Shown piece after piece: positions 1-10,452 of a stretch of DNA of 64,000 bases. Position numbers and translations under genes: made by a program. The notes beneath the pieces are model-generated. The model was not told the DNA's origin. It saw only the letters and a program-made list of their open reading frames with translations, and made no database searches. The first letter of the stretch is position 1, and every line of letters begins with the position of its first letter. The stretch is from an uncultured Acidobacteriaceae bacterium (GTDB lineage Bacteria; Acidobacteriota; Terriglobia; Terriglobales; Acidobacteriaceae): positions 30,089 through 94,088 of the forward strand of contig CAVYPN010000009.1 of assembly GCA_963770365.1 (NCBI GenBank), written 5' to 3'.

Positions 1-1
1 G

Positions 2-1646
2 TCAGTTGCTCGGCCCAAATGAAACGCCGCGCAGGGCCTCGCCGAAGCCGGCGGTGCGGAGCGTGCGGAATCTTTCCTGTTCCGCTTGCGCGGCGGTGGA
101 GTTGCTTAGCGTGTCAGTGATGCTGACAAGCCGGTTTGGATCGGCGCCTGTGTCGCCGTTGCCGCTGACGGTAGAGGTAATGGCCCAGATGGTCACGGTG
201 CCATCATTGTTGACGCGGCCGGTGAGATTGCGCAGGCCGTCAGTCGCTGGGGACCACGGGAGGCCAGTGACGGCGTTATTGCCGGTCGGAAAACCGGGCA
301 CCGTGTAAGGCGTGCCGAGATCGAGGCCATTCTGCAGCGTGTAGGCAAGTTTCCAACTCTTCGAGGATGAGTCGAAGACCCACTTCTCGAGGCCGGCCAG
401 GGGCTGTGCTGCTGCGTCGGTATAGGTATTCGTGGTGGCGTCGAAGGTGGTCGTGCCATCGCCCTCGTCAGCGACATAAACCGTATTGGCGTCGGCGAAC
501 CACAAGCCGAAGGGGAAGTTGACCGGGTTGCCGTTCTTGTTGGAGAGCGTGGGGAAGCCGGTCAGCACGCACATGTTGGTAGGCGTTCCTGTCGCCGGAT
601 TAAAGGCGCTGAATGGGCTGGTTGGCAGGGTCGCGGAGGAGGCTGGCAGTCCGGTTCCTTTGGGGCAGGCTGAGCCGGTGGTGTCGACGAAATAGACGGT
701 GTTGACGCCGTTGCTTCCGGAGCCCTTGGTGAAATAGACCACGTTGTTGAAGATCGTCAGGCCACGGAAGTTGTCGTCCTTCCCAACCTTGTCGGCCTTG
801 TCGCCGAGTTCAGTCACAGAGAAACTGCCCACTGGAGTAGGAAGGCCCGGAGTCTGGTCTGGCCTCGCTCTGTGCCACGAAGTCGATGAACTGCGCACCG
901 GCGCCGAGCACGACGTTGGTCGGCTGGGGATTGCCGCCATTACCGGCATTGCCCGCGGTGTAAATGACCGGGTTACCACTCGTATTGTTGAGGACGGCGG
1001 CACGGCCGTTATTGCCGCTGTAGGCATTGGTAAGGGTGAAATCGAAATTTCCCCAACGATCGACGCGCGCAACGGCGCGGTAGTACGCAGAGGGGTCAGG
1101 ATTGGTCGCGTCGAAAGCGGCTGGCGTGTTGGAGTTGGAGACGTCGAGCGCGTTCGCCGGGGCCACATAACCCATGAAGGTGATGTAGCGGCCATCGGTG
1201 GAGAGGTTCAGTGCCAGTTCAGATTTGGAGCTGAAGCTGGTTACGAGTTGATCGCTCGTTCCTGTGATCCACGAGTCGAGACTGTTGGGCACCTCAAGCG
1301 AGCTGATCACGTTGCCTGAAGGTGTGGAGTGATCGAGGAAGATCCGCGAAGTAATGCCGAAGCTGCCGTCTGTCGTGTCGTTGTTGAAGACGAACGGGTA
1401 GGTACCGTCTGCGATCGCGGTCGTACAGCCGCCGGTTGAGGCGAGGCAATTGGGCGGAAGCGTCTGTCCGAGCGTAACGTTGCCGGGCAAGTTGTCGTAG
1501 ACAGTGCGGCTGACGACGAGATTGCCGGGATTGAAAGCGGGCTTACCGTGTTGCGCGATGACAAAGGCCGGGGACATTACTGCGAGAAGTGAAGCGGCGA
1601 TCGAAACGGAGCGAAGCCGGGGAAAGGCAAAGCGATGTTGCGTCAC
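2..1646 (-). CDS. Secreted hypothetical protein (beta-rich, propeller-like), apparent +1 frameshift at ~861
   Basis: GTG at 1646 with CAGGAGG RBS and signal-peptide-like N-terminus. ORF 810-1703 (...AQFIDFVAQSEA) continues in ORF 2-1195 (DQTPGLPTPVGSF...FTKGSGSNGVNTVY...) if one C is removed from minus-strand GAGGCCAGAC. TGA at 2-4; span is 3n+1. Confidence 0.7.
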
Positions 1647-1798
1647 TATGTGACCTCCTGGAGCAGTGAATTGAGCGTGCGGGGAATCTGGCGAAGGGAG
1701 CACCGCCGATGACGCTAACAGCGCCCTGTGAATGAACGATGAAGGTGAGGTTAAAGGCGCGTTGCGAAAGGTGTAAGCGACGGCGCTATTCTGGGTGC

Positions 1799-2392
1799 GT
1801 GAAGAATTTCAAACGGGTAGCGGTGTATTGCGGATCGGCAAATGGGAGCGATCCGGTGTTTCTGGCGGAGGCGACGGCGTTAGGAAGCGCGATTGCCGAA
1901 GCGGGGCTTGGCCTGGTGTATGGCGGGGCGAGCGTGGGGCTGATGGGAGCCGTTGCAGATGCGGCGCTCGCGGGCGGAGCTGAAGTCATCGGCGTGCTGC
2001 CGGAGATTCTATCGGGCAGCGAGATTGCGCATCGCGGACTGACGCGGCTTGAGATGGTTCCCACCATGCACGAGCGCAAGGCGCGAATGGTGAAGCTGGC
2101 GGATGCCTTTCTGATGTTGCCGGGCGGCTACGGAACGCTCGACGAGATGATGGAGATTGTGACGTGGAAGCAGCTTCGGCTGCATGCCAAGCCATGCATC
2201 CTGATCAACACGGCAAATTACTGGGGTGGACTACTGGCATTTCTGGATCACGCGGTGGAGGCGGGGTTTCTGAAGGCGGAGAACCGAGGACTGCTGGAAT
2301 TGGTTGGGTCGGCGGTGGAGGCGGTTCAGCTTGCAGTGTCGAGCTCAGAGCTCAGAGGCATCCACGTTCGTGTCCCCGAAACTTCTCCGTAA
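1799..2392 (+). CDS. LOG family nucleotide monophosphate phosphoribohydrolase (TIGR00730-like)
   Basis: AVYCGS, LVYGG..VGLMG, MHERK and PGGYGTLDE motifs. GTG 1799 preferred as start over ORF start 1739. Confidence 0.9.
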   Translation: MKNFKRVAVYCGSANGSDPVFLAEATALGSAIAEAGLGLVYGGASVGLMGAVADAALAGGAEVIGVLPEILSGSEIAHRGLTRLEMVPTMHERKARMVKLADAFLMLPGGYGTLDEMMEIVTWKQLRLHAKPCILINTANYWGGLLAFLDHAVEAGFLKAENRGLLELVGSAVEAVQLAVSSSELRGIHVRVPETSP

Positions 2393-2484
2393 TATCACTC
2401 GACGCATCCGCGTCTTGAGGCGTATACCTTTGCGCACCGTGAGGTCCGCAACTCGGACCCCGGTGAAAGAGGAGGTTTCGTTTC

Positions 2485-2883
2485 ATGCTAGGAGAACAAG
2501 TTGGCATTACCACAGGCAAAAGACTCGTACGGCGGGTTCTCTCCACAGAACCGCCCACGGCGGAAGTTTCGTTTGAAGAGAGCGGCACCATACTGGGAGT
2601 CGCCGTCACAGGCATGGGCACCTACACATCGGTAATTGGTGCAGATGGATCCCTCCACGGCGAAGGCCAGGGTATGGAGATGACAGCCGATGGAGAAGCA
2701 GCTACGTGGAAAGGAACGGGCGTGGGTAAATTCGGCCCAGGAGGCTCGGTAAGCTACCGCGGAATGCTCTTCTTTAAAACCGCTTCGAAACAACTCGCCC
2801 GCCTGAACAACGCATGCGTCGCCTTCGAATACGACGTAGACGCTGCAGGCGCAACCGTTTCCAAAATGTGGGAATGGAAATAA
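2485..2883 (+). CDS. Hypothetical protein, 132 aa
   Basis: GAGGAGG RBS before ATG; protein-like composition ending KMWEWK; no family recognised. Confidence 0.75.
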   Translation: MLGEQVGITTGKRLVRRVLSTEPPTAEVSFEESGTILGVAVTGMGTYTSVIGADGSLHGEGQGMEMTADGEAATWKGTGVGKFGPGGSVSYRGMLFFKTASKQLARLNNACVAFEYDVDAAGATVSKMWEWK

Positions 2884-3060
2884 CCGCAAAGACTGTGCGT
2901 GCCCCATCCTTCACAACGATTCAAGTGGCAAGGATGGGGAAGCACGAACCACGAGGTCTCTTCGGGAGCGTCGCCGTCGAGGCATCATCCAGCGCTTCTC
3001 CCAACCAGCCTGACTTGATCCGGTCGCATACCTTAAGGACGTCTTGACACGAGCCACTCG

Positions 3061-3948
3061 CTATTTCCGCTTTGCGCGTTCGCGCTGGAGTTCACGGTAG
3101 AGCTCGCTCTTGGATTGGCCTAGTTCTCGGGCAAGCCGCTTGAGGGCTTCTTTTTCGTCGAGGTTCGATTCGGACTGGAGCCGGGAGACGCGGGCGGAGA
3201 TGGTCTCCCTGGTCTGAGAATCCAGACCGGGGGCAGCCGCATTCCTGGCTGGAGCTTCGATCAGAAGGGTGAACTCACCGCGGATGCGGTCGCGCGCGAC
3301 GAGATCGCGGCGCACATCGGCGACGGTGCCGCGGAGAAATTCTTCGTGGAGCTTGGTGAGTTCGCGGGCTGCGACGACGCGCAACGAAGGACCGAATACG
3401 GATTCGAGATCGGCGAGCGTGTCGGCGATGCGGTGGGGCGCTTCGTAGAAGATCACGGTCTGCGCGGTTTCGCGAGGCTGCGCGGCAAGGGCTTCGAGCG
3501 CCGTGCGACGTGCGCCGGCTTTTTCCGGCAGGAATCCGAGGAAGCAGAACTGTTCGGTTGAAAAGCCCGACGCGACGAGGGCGCTGAGAGCAGCATTGGG
3601 GCCGGGAATGGGAATGACGGGGACGCCGGCGGCGATGGCTTCGGTGACGAGCCAGGAGCCGGGATCGCTGATGCCGGGCATGCCTGCGTCGGAGACGACG
3701 GCGATGGTACCGCCGTTCTTCAATGCCGCGATCAGTTCGGCGGCGCGATCACGCTCGTTGTGCTGGTGGAAGCTGACTGTAGGCGTGGCGATGGCGAAGT
3801 GGTTGAGGAGCTTTTGCGTCTGGCGGGTGTCTTCGCAGGCGATGCGGTCGGCTTGCTTCAGGACTTCAAGGGCGCGGAGGGTAATGTCGCCGAGGTTGCC
3901 GATAGGCGTGGCGACGAGGTAGAGGCCGGGAGCAAGTTCTTCTGACAT
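3061..3948 (-). CDS. rsmI: 16S rRNA (cytidine1402-2'-O)-methyltransferase
   Basis: LYLVATPIGNLGDIT, ACEDTR, VSDAGMPGISDPG, FYEAPHR, RELTKLHEE, RGEF motifs. Confidence 0.96.
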   Translation of the reverse strand: MSEELAPGLYLVATPIGNLGDITLRALEVLKQADRIACEDTRQTQKLLNHFAIATPTVSFHQHNERDRAAELIAALKNGGTIAVVSDAGMPGISDPGSWLVTEAIAAGVPVIPIPGPNAALSALVASGFSTEQFCFLGFLPEKAGARRTALEALAAQPRETAQTVIFYEAPHRIADTLADLESVFGPSLRVVAARELTKLHEEFLRGTVADVRRDLVARDRIRGEFTLLIEAPARNAAAPGLDSQTRETISARVSRLQSESNLDEKEALKRLARELGQSKSELYRELQRERAKRK

Positions 3949-4012
3949 TGCTTAGGACATGGTAGTTGAGGGCTGTGCTTTATCCCACAGGCCTGTGCCG
4001 TTGCAGAGAAAG

Positions 4013-4074
4013 AACAACCGCAGATCCTTCGACACACTTCGTCCGCAACGCGGACTTCGTTTACTCAGGATGAC
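4013..4074. repeat. REP-like element (GTCATCCTGAG...CGAAGGATCTG type) with internal hairpin
   Basis: Minus strand reads GTCATCCTGAGTAAACGAA-GTCCGC-GTT-GCGGAC-GAAGTGTGTCGAAGGATCTGCGG. The hairpin is seen directly; the family assignment is from recollection of Acidobacteria intergenic repeats. Single copy here. Confidence 0.5.
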
Positions 4075-4087
4075 GAGTGCAGGATTG

Positions 4088-5197
4088 CTATTCGGCGGCG
4101 TCCTGGGCTTCGATGCGGCGCTGTTCGGCTAGCAGAGACATCGAGCTCATCAGGTTTTGCACGCTGACGATGCCGACGACCTTCCCGCTCTCGGTGACGG
4201 GAATGAGCGAGAGGCCCTGTCCGCCGGAGATGCGGCGGATGGTAGTGCCAAGGGTGTCTTCAGGGCGGGCGACCTGGAAGGCGCGCGACATGATGGACTG
4301 GATGTAGCCGTTGCCGTCGTCACGGAGAGCGTCGACGATGCGCTGGCGCGAGACGATGCCGACCAGCTGCGGTCCGCGGACCACGGGAAAGTCTTCCTGC
4401 AGGGAGTGGACGCAGCGGAAGAGCGCGTCGGCCAGCGTATCCGACGGGGAGAGCGTTGCGAAGTCGGTCAGCATCACTTCGCGCATGCGCACCGTGTCGA
4501 CGACGGACTGGAAGAAGACGCCCTGGTCCTCGATCTGTGCGCCGATCATGATGAAAAATCCGGCGATGATGAGCCAGTAGGCCTGCAGGGCCATGCCGCA
4601 GATCATCACGGCGAGAGCGATGAGTTGTCCGATGCCGGAGGCGGCGCGGCCCGCCGGCGAGAGGCCGTGGGTGCGGGCAAAGTTGCCGCGAAGCAGGCGG
4701 CCGAAGTCGAGCGGATAGGCGGGAAGCAGGTGCACCAGGCCAAGTCCGGCCTGCATCCAGACCATGCTGCGCAAAAGGTAAGCTGCCGAAATGAGGGGAC
4801 GCCCGAGCAGCCGCACGTCTCCGCCCGCGCCGATGAAGGCCGCAGCGAGCATGAGCGCTGTAAAGCAATTGGCGAGCGGCCCGGTGAGCGCCATGGCGAA
4901 CTGGCCGAAGCCCTGGTTCGCAGCTTCCTGGCTTTCAGGGTTGGCATAGGCGAAGAGACCGCCGATGGGAATCAGAAGCACGGCGCGCAATTTCAGGTGA
5001 AGATAAGCAGCCATCATCAGGCGCGCGGCCTCGCGCACCACCACGGCCGATACGCATACCAAGAACAGGCCGAGGCCCCGCATGACTCCGCTGCTGGCGC
5101 TGAGACCGAGACAGACCAGCGCAAGGGCAGGAAAAAAGACGTGCACACGCATCTCCACGCCCATCCATCGGCCCAGCGGTATGGTCCAGCCACGCAT
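4088..5197 (-). CDS. Site-2 protease (M50)-like membrane protein with CBS pair; HExxH replaced by REAAR
   Basis: MRGWTIPLGRWMGVEMRVH start, GPLAN, LLPAYPLD(F)GR, C-terminal CBS motifs (DFPVV..LVGIV; IPV..GKVVGIVS). Confidence 0.88.
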   Translation of the reverse strand: MRGWTIPLGRWMGVEMRVHVFFPALALVCLGLSASSGVMRGLGLFLVCVSAVVVREAARLMMAAYLHLKLRAVLLIPIGGLFAYANPESQEAANQGFGQFAMALTGPLANCFTALMLAAAFIGAGGDVRLLGRPLISAAYLLRSMVWMQAGLGLVHLLPAYPLDFGRLLRGNFARTHGLSPAGRAASGIGQLIALAVMICGMALQAYWLIIAGFFIMIGAQIEDQGVFFQSVVDTVRMREVMLTDFATLSPSDTLADALFRCVHSLQEDFPVVRGPQLVGIVSRQRIVDALRDDGNGYIQSIMSRAFQVARPEDTLGTTIRRISGGQGLSLIPVTESGKVVGIVSVQNLMSSMSLLAEQRRIEAQDAAE

Positions 5198-5252
5198 ACA
5201 GGAATTGTAGATGCTCAGGCTTTGCGGGGTATCTCCTATATGCTGATTCGCG

Positions 5253-5828
5253 ATGCGGGTGATAGCGGGAACGCTGCGACGAAGAACGCTGCAAGCTCCG
5301 GCAGGGCTGGGGACACGTCCCACGAGCGATCGGCTGCGAGAGACTCTGTTTAATGTACTTGCGCCTCGAATGGAGGGTGCGCGGTTTCTGGATCTGTATG
5401 CTGGATCGGGCGCCGTGGGCATCGAGGCGGCTAGCCGTGGAGCCGCGAGCGTGGTGTTGGTGGAGCGGGCGGAACCAGCGCTGAAGGTGCTGCGGGTAAA
5501 CCTCGAAATGCTGGGGCTGCGGGGCGGCGTGCGCGTTGAAGCGGTGAGCGTGGGGGCGTTTCTGCGGCGGGTGCGGCCGGAGAAGTCGCTGATGCGCTTC
5601 GACGTGGTCTTTCTTGATCCGCCTTACGAAGCCATAGAGGAGTACACATTGGCGATGGGGTTGCTGGGCGGCGCGGCGTCGGCGTTGCTGGCGGAAGGTG
5701 CCATGGTGATCGCGGAGCACCGGCGCAAGGAGAAGCTCGAAGATGGATATGGAGTGCTGCGCAGGGTGAGGGTGCTGGAGCAAGGGGATGCGGCACTGAG
5801 CTTTTATGAAGCAGCCCTTGGCGCCTAG
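5253..5828 (+). CDS. rsmD: 16S rRNA (guanine966-N2)-methyltransferase
   Basis: MRVIAG, TRPTSDRLRETLFN, DLYAGSGAVGIEA.SRGA, DPPY. Confidence 0.95.
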   Translation: MRVIAGTLRRRTLQAPAGLGTRPTSDRLRETLFNVLAPRMEGARFLDLYAGSGAVGIEAASRGAASVVLVERAEPALKVLRVNLEMLGLRGGVRVEAVSVGAFLRRVRPEKSLMRFDVVFLDPPYEAIEEYTLAMGLLGGAASALLAEGAMVIAEHRRKEKLEDGYGVLRRVRVLEQGDAALSFYEAALGA

Positions 5829-5909
5829 CTATTGGTTCCCGGGACTTTCGTGCCGGGTGAAGAGATTGTGGCTAAGCGTAAGATGGGGCGCATTACGGAG
5901 AAAGATCGC

Positions 5910-8333
5910 GTGAAGACGATTCTGAAGTGGGCTGTTGCGCTGGGAGTGTTGCTGGGGACAGCGGGCCTGGGTGCGCAGGATGCTCCGAAGTGGGTGATTG
6001 GCCCGTTCTCGCGGCCTGCGACGGGGAATCCGGTCGTTTCACCGAATCCGGCTTCGACGTTTGACGACCCGATTCTGCACAAGCCTGTCCTGTGGGAAGC
6101 GCTGCACGCCTTCAATCCTGCGGCGGTTGTGCGCAAGGGCAAGGTAGTCGTGTTATATCGCGCAGAGGACAATTCGGGTGCGATGGAGATCGGCGGGCAC
6201 ACTTCGCGACTGGGCCTGGCCGAGAGCGATGACGGTATCCACTTCAAGCGCACGGGTGAGCCAGTCTTTTATCCGGCCGACGACGACCAGCAAGCGCGCG
6301 AGTGGCCGGGTGGCGCCGAAGATCCACGGATCGTGGAGCGAGACGACGGCACCTATGTTCTGACGTATACGCAGTGGAATCGCAAGACGTATTCCGTGGG
6401 AATTGCGACCTCACACGATTTGAAGCATTGGACGAAATATGGACCGGCATTTCTTACGGCTTTGGGCGGCAAGTACGCCAACCTGATGTACAAGTCGGCC
6501 GGCATTGTCACGCAGCTGAAAGGTGGCCGGCTGATAGCGGCGAAGATCGCGGGCCGCTATTGGATGTACTGGGGCGAAGGTGCCGTCAAGCTTGCGACAT
6601 CGGACGATGCGATTCACTGGATACCGGTGGAAGACATGCACGGGAATCTTGTGGAATTGCTGCGGCCGAGGCCGGGGCATTTCGACAGCACGTTTCCCGA
6701 GACGGGTCCGCCGCCGGTGCTGACGAGCACGGGAATCGTGATGCTCTACAACGGCAAGAATGCAACGGAAGGTGGCGATCCGGCGCTGGGGCCAAGTGCG
6801 TATGCCGCGGGTGAAGCGCTGTTTGACGCGTCGAACCCGGCAAACCTGCTGACCCAGACCGACAAGCCGGTGCTGAAGCCGGAACTGCCGTATGAGAAGA
6901 CTGGGCAGTACGCGGCCGGTACGACCTTTGCCGAAGGGCTGGTCTTCTTCCACAACAAATGGTTTTTGTATTACGGGTGTGCGGATTCGCTGGTGGCGGT
7001 GGCGACGGCTCCGGCTGAGGCGATGAGTGGAGATTCACTGCGCATGGCGCCCGTGGCAGATACCGCGCCGGGATCTCCGGTTAAGCCGGCCGCAAATGGT
7101 GTGCCGCCGGGCGCGGAGGCGAACGCGCGCGGGTTCTATCTGCGCGGCGGCGACACCGTGGTGTTCTACGGAGACAGCATCACGGAGCAGAACTACTACA
7201 ACCAGTATGTGGAGTTGTACGCGGCAACCCGGTTCCCGTGGATGCGAATACATTTCTACGGCGCGGGCGTGGGTGGCGATCGCGTGACCGGCGGCGGAGG
7301 AGGCCCGGTCGATCAGCGACTGGAGCGCGATGTGTTTTCAGAGAAGCCGACCGTCGTTACAGTGATGCTGGGCATGAATGACGGCGGGTATCGCGCGACG
7401 ACCGACGAGATTGAGCAGACGTATGTGAAGGGCTACGAACATCTACTTGATTCGATTCGCGAACATGCGCCGGGCGCGCGGCTCACGCTTCTGGGCCCAT
7501 CCCCGTACGACGATGTGACCCGGCCAGTGACGTTCCCGGGCGGATACAACGCGGTGATGCAGCATTTTGCGGATGTGGATCAATCTCTGGCCGATAAGTA
7601 TGGCGCGGCATTTGCGAATCTGAATCCGCCGGTGGTCTCTGCGATCCGGAAGGCGGATGCGATGGATCCGAAGCTGGCGGTACTGCTGTTGCCGGACCGC
7701 GTGCATCCTGATCCGCTGGCGCACTGGGTGATGGCCGAGGCAGTGCTGAAGGGATGGCATGCTCCTGCGCTGGTCTCGGATGTCACGGTGGATGCGCATG
7801 CGGGAATCGTGACCCGGTCACGCAATGCCAGCGTGAGCCAGGTGGAGCAGGCCGACGGCACTTTGAAGTGGACTGAAGTGGAGGATGCATTGCCGCTGCC
7901 TCTGACGCGGAGCAATGCAACCACTGCGCTGCTCGAGGATCTGACCGATATCGAGCAGCAACTCAACCAGGAGACACTGCGCGTAACAGGACTCGCAACC
8001 GGACGGTACATGCTGAGCATTGATGGTGAGGTGGTGGACACGTTTTCGCCCGAAGCCCTGGAGAGCGGAATCAACCTGGCCGAATACGCGACGCCGATGT
8101 TTCACCAGGCGCAGCGCGTAAGCTGGCTGGTGCGCGATCGCGACGAGACGCACTATATTCACTTGCGCATGCGCGTGCGCAACGCGGACATGGGGGAACA
8201 GGCAGGAAAGCCGGATGTAATGCAGGCGTTTGAAAATTCACTGGAGGACTCGATTTATGATGCGGCCACTCCAAAGCCGCATGTCTTCCGGCTGACACCT
8301 GTCACGACTGGAACAACACAGAGCACGCGCTGA
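5910..8333 (+). CDS. Secreted GH130 beta-mannoside-active glycosidase fused to an SGNH/GDSL esterase
   Basis: Signal peptide (KTILKWAVALGVLLGTAGLGAQ); GH130 motifs FNPAA, LYRAED, EDPRIV, YYGCADS; then GDSIT, G..GD, LGMND and DRVHP SGNH blocks. Start uncertain (5883 or 5910). Confidence 0.85.
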   Translation: MKTILKWAVALGVLLGTAGLGAQDAPKWVIGPFSRPATGNPVVSPNPASTFDDPILHKPVLWEALHAFNPAAVVRKGKVVVLYRAEDNSGAMEIGGHTSRLGLAESDDGIHFKRTGEPVFYPADDDQQAREWPGGAEDPRIVERDDGTYVLTYTQWNRKTYSVGIATSHDLKHWTKYGPAFLTALGGKYANLMYKSAGIVTQLKGGRLIAAKIAGRYWMYWGEGAVKLATSDDAIHWIPVEDMHGNLVELLRPRPGHFDSTFPETGPPPVLTSTGIVMLYNGKNATEGGDPALGPSAYAAGEALFDASNPANLLTQTDKPVLKPELPYEKTGQYAAGTTFAEGLVFFHNKWFLYYGCADSLVAVATAPAEAMSGDSLRMAPVADTAPGSPVKPAANGVPPGAEANARGFYLRGGDTVVFYGDSITEQNYYNQYVELYAATRFPWMRIHFYGAGVGGDRVTGGGGGPVDQRLERDVFSEKPTVVTVMLGMNDGGYRATTDEIEQTYVKGYEHLLDSIREHAPGARLTLLGPSPYDDVTRPVTFPGGYNAVMQHFADVDQSLADKYGAAFANLNPPVVSAIRKADAMDPKLAVLLLPDRVHPDPLAHWVMAEAVLKGWHAPALVSDVTVDAHAGIVTRSRNASVSQVEQADGTLKWTEVEDALPLPLTRSNATTALLEDLTDIEQQLNQETLRVTGLATGRYMLSIDGEVVDTFSPEALESGINLAEYATPMFHQAQRVSWLVRDRDETHYIHLRMRVRNADMGEQAGKPDVMQAFENSLEDSIYDAATPKPHVFRLTPVTTGTTQSTR

Positions 8334-8366
8334 GATTCGCGTACGGGCAAGCGTAATGAGGAGGGT

Positions 8367-10355
8367 GTGATCGCGGAGATTTCGCTGAAGTCGGTGTTGG
8401 AGACGGAAGGGTCTGAAACGGCAAGAGCCGCTCTGCGCGAGGTCTCGACGCATGCAAGGGGCCCGGAAGGCGTGCTGCCGTTGACGGCGGAGATGCTGGT
8501 CGAGGAGCCCTCCGGGAATCTGTTCGGGTTGAGTCAGAACGCGGGGATGGGTTGGGAGGCTGCGCGATTGCGCGATCCGGAGTTTCTGATCCTGAGTACG
8601 CATGGAGGGCTGCGCGCAGAGGATGGACGACCGATTGCGCTGGGATTCCACACCGGACACTGGGAGGTTGGGCTCCTGGTCGCGGAGGCAGCTCGCGAAA
8701 TGAAGGCGCTGCGCGCCATTCCGTTTGCGGGTGCGTGCACCGATCCATGCGACGGGCGAACGCAGGGCACGGCGGGGATGATGGACTCGCTTCCGTTTCG
8801 CAACGATGCGGCAATGGTGCTGCGGCGGCTGATGCGGTCACTGCCGACGAGCAAAGGCGTGTTGGGAGTGGCAACGTGCGACAAGGGATTGCCGGCGATG
8901 ATGATGGCGCTGGCTTCGGCCGGGCCGCTGCCGGCGGTGCTTGTGCCGGGCGGCGTCACGCTGTTGCCCGAATCGGGCGAGGACGCCGGCAAAGTGCAGA
9001 CGATCGGGGCACGGTTTGCACAGCAGCAGATCACATTGGAATACGCGGCAGAGGTTGGTTGCCGCGCATGTGCGTCGCCGGGAGGTGGATGCCAGTTTCT
9101 AGGCACGGCGGCGACGGCGCAGGTTGTGGGCGAAGCACTTGGCCTGGCGCTGCCGCATACGGCGCTGGCGCCTTCAGGACAGGCGATCTGGCTGGATGCG
9201 GCAAAGCGATCCGCACGTGCAATCATTCGGTTGCATGAACTAAAGCTGGGTGCGCGGGATGTTCTGACGGATGCTGCGGTGCGCAATGCGATGGTGCTGC
9301 ATGCGGCGTTTGGCGGCTCGACGAACCTGCTGCTGCATCTGCCCGCAATTGCGTTTTCGGCCGGATTGAAGCGGCCCGGACGGGCGGACTGGGAGCAAGT
9401 CAACCGCACCGTGCCGCGCCTTGTTGACGCGCTGCCGAATGGGCCGCGTGGATTCGCGACGGTGCAGGTGTTTCTCGCCGGCGGGGTGCCTGAGGTGATG
9501 CTGGAGTTGCGTTCGGCAGGGCTTTTGGATACGAGTGTGAAGACGGTCACGGGCGACACGCTCGATGCGAGCCTCGACTGGTGGCGCGACAGCGAGCGGC
9601 GCCACATGCTGCGCAAGAGACTGAAGGAACTGGATGGAATCGACGGCGAGGATGTAGTCATGACGCCGGATCGTGCGCGGTCGCGAGGATTGACGGCGAC
9701 GGTGTGTTTTCCCGTCGGAAATCTTGCGCCCGAGGGGTCCGTGATCAAGAGCACGGCTATCGATCCATCGCTGATCGGCGAAGACAATGTCTTTCGCCAT
9801 CGTGGGCCGGCGCGGGTATTTACGACGGAGGCGGCGGCGATTGCGGCTATCAAATCCGGCGCCATTGGGCATGGCGATGTGATTGTGCTGATCTGCGGCG
9901 GCCCGAAGGGCGCGGGGATGCAGGAGATCTACCAGGTTACATCGGCGCTGAAGCAGTTGCCCCATTGCAAACACGTTGCGGTATTGACTGACGCGCGCTT
10001 CAGTGGTGTCTCAACGGGCGCGTGCATCGGGCATATTTCGCCGGAGGCGCTGGCGGGGGGGCCGATCGGCAAGGTGCTGGAGGGCGATCTTATCGAGATT
10101 GCGGTCGATCGTGGCACGCTGACTGGTTCTGTGAATCTGGTGGGCGATGCCACCGGCGAGTTGAGAGCGGAAGAAGCTTCGCGGAAATTGGCGGAGAGAC
10201 AGCCTCGCGTGGATTTGAAGCCGCATCCCGCGCTGCCGGAGGATACGCGCCTGTGGGCAGCCCTGGTGGAGGCGAGCGGCGGCGTGTGGGGCGGATGTGT
10301 GTACGACACGGAGAAGATCGTGGCCGCGCTGGAATCCGGGAAGTCGGCAGATTGA
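8367..10355 (+). CDS. YjhG/YagF family D-xylonate dehydratase (IlvD/Edd family)
   Basis: [53 protein letters not shown]. Confidence 0.92.
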   Translation: MIAEISLKSVLETEGSETARAALREVSTHARGPEGVLPLTAEMLVEEPSGNLFGLSQNAGMGWEAARLRDPEFLILSTHGGLRAEDGRPIALGFHTGHWEVGLLVAEAAREMKALRAIPFAGACTDPCDGRTQGTAGMMDSLPFRNDAAMVLRRLMRSLPTSKGVLGVATCDKGLPAMMMALASAGPLPAVLVPGGVTLLPESGEDAGKVQTIGARFAQQQITLEYAAEVGCRACASPGGGCQFLGTAATAQVVGEALGLALPHTALAPSGQAIWLDAAKRSARAIIRLHELKLGARDVLTDAAVRNAMVLHAAFGGSTNLLLHLPAIAFSAGLKRPGRADWEQVNRTVPRLVDALPNGPRGFATVQVFLAGGVPEVMLELRSAGLLDTSVKTVTGDTLDASLDWWRDSERRHMLRKRLKELDGIDGEDVVMTPDRARSRGLTATVCFPVGNLAPEGSVIKSTAIDPSLIGEDNVFRHRGPARVFTTEAAAIAAIKSGAIGHGDVIVLICGGPKGAGMQEIYQVTSALKQLPHCKHVAVLTDARFSGVSTGACIGHISPEALAGGPIGKVLEGDLIEIAVDRGTLTGSVNLVGDATGELRAEEASRKLAERQPRVDLKPHPALPEDTRLWAALVEASGGVWGGCVYDTEKIVAALESGKSAD

Positions 10356-10366
10356 GGTTTCCGGTC

Positions 10367-10404
10367 TCCCATTCATGACCGATACAACCACGTCATGAAT
10401 TGGA
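10367..10404. terminator. Hairpin between convergent genes (possible terminator)
   Basis: TCCCATTCATGAC ... GTCATGAATTGGA stem with one mismatch; no U-tract. Confidence 0.35.
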
Positions 10405-10452
10405 AGATGCGGTTCTGACGGTGCGTTAAGATCTCCGGCGTAATTCTCGTGG

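Noticed and set aside
2341-2358. GAGCTCA x2 near the LOG gene end as another heptamer element
   Set aside because: Only two units, no inverse arm, different core, and it lies inside the ORF.
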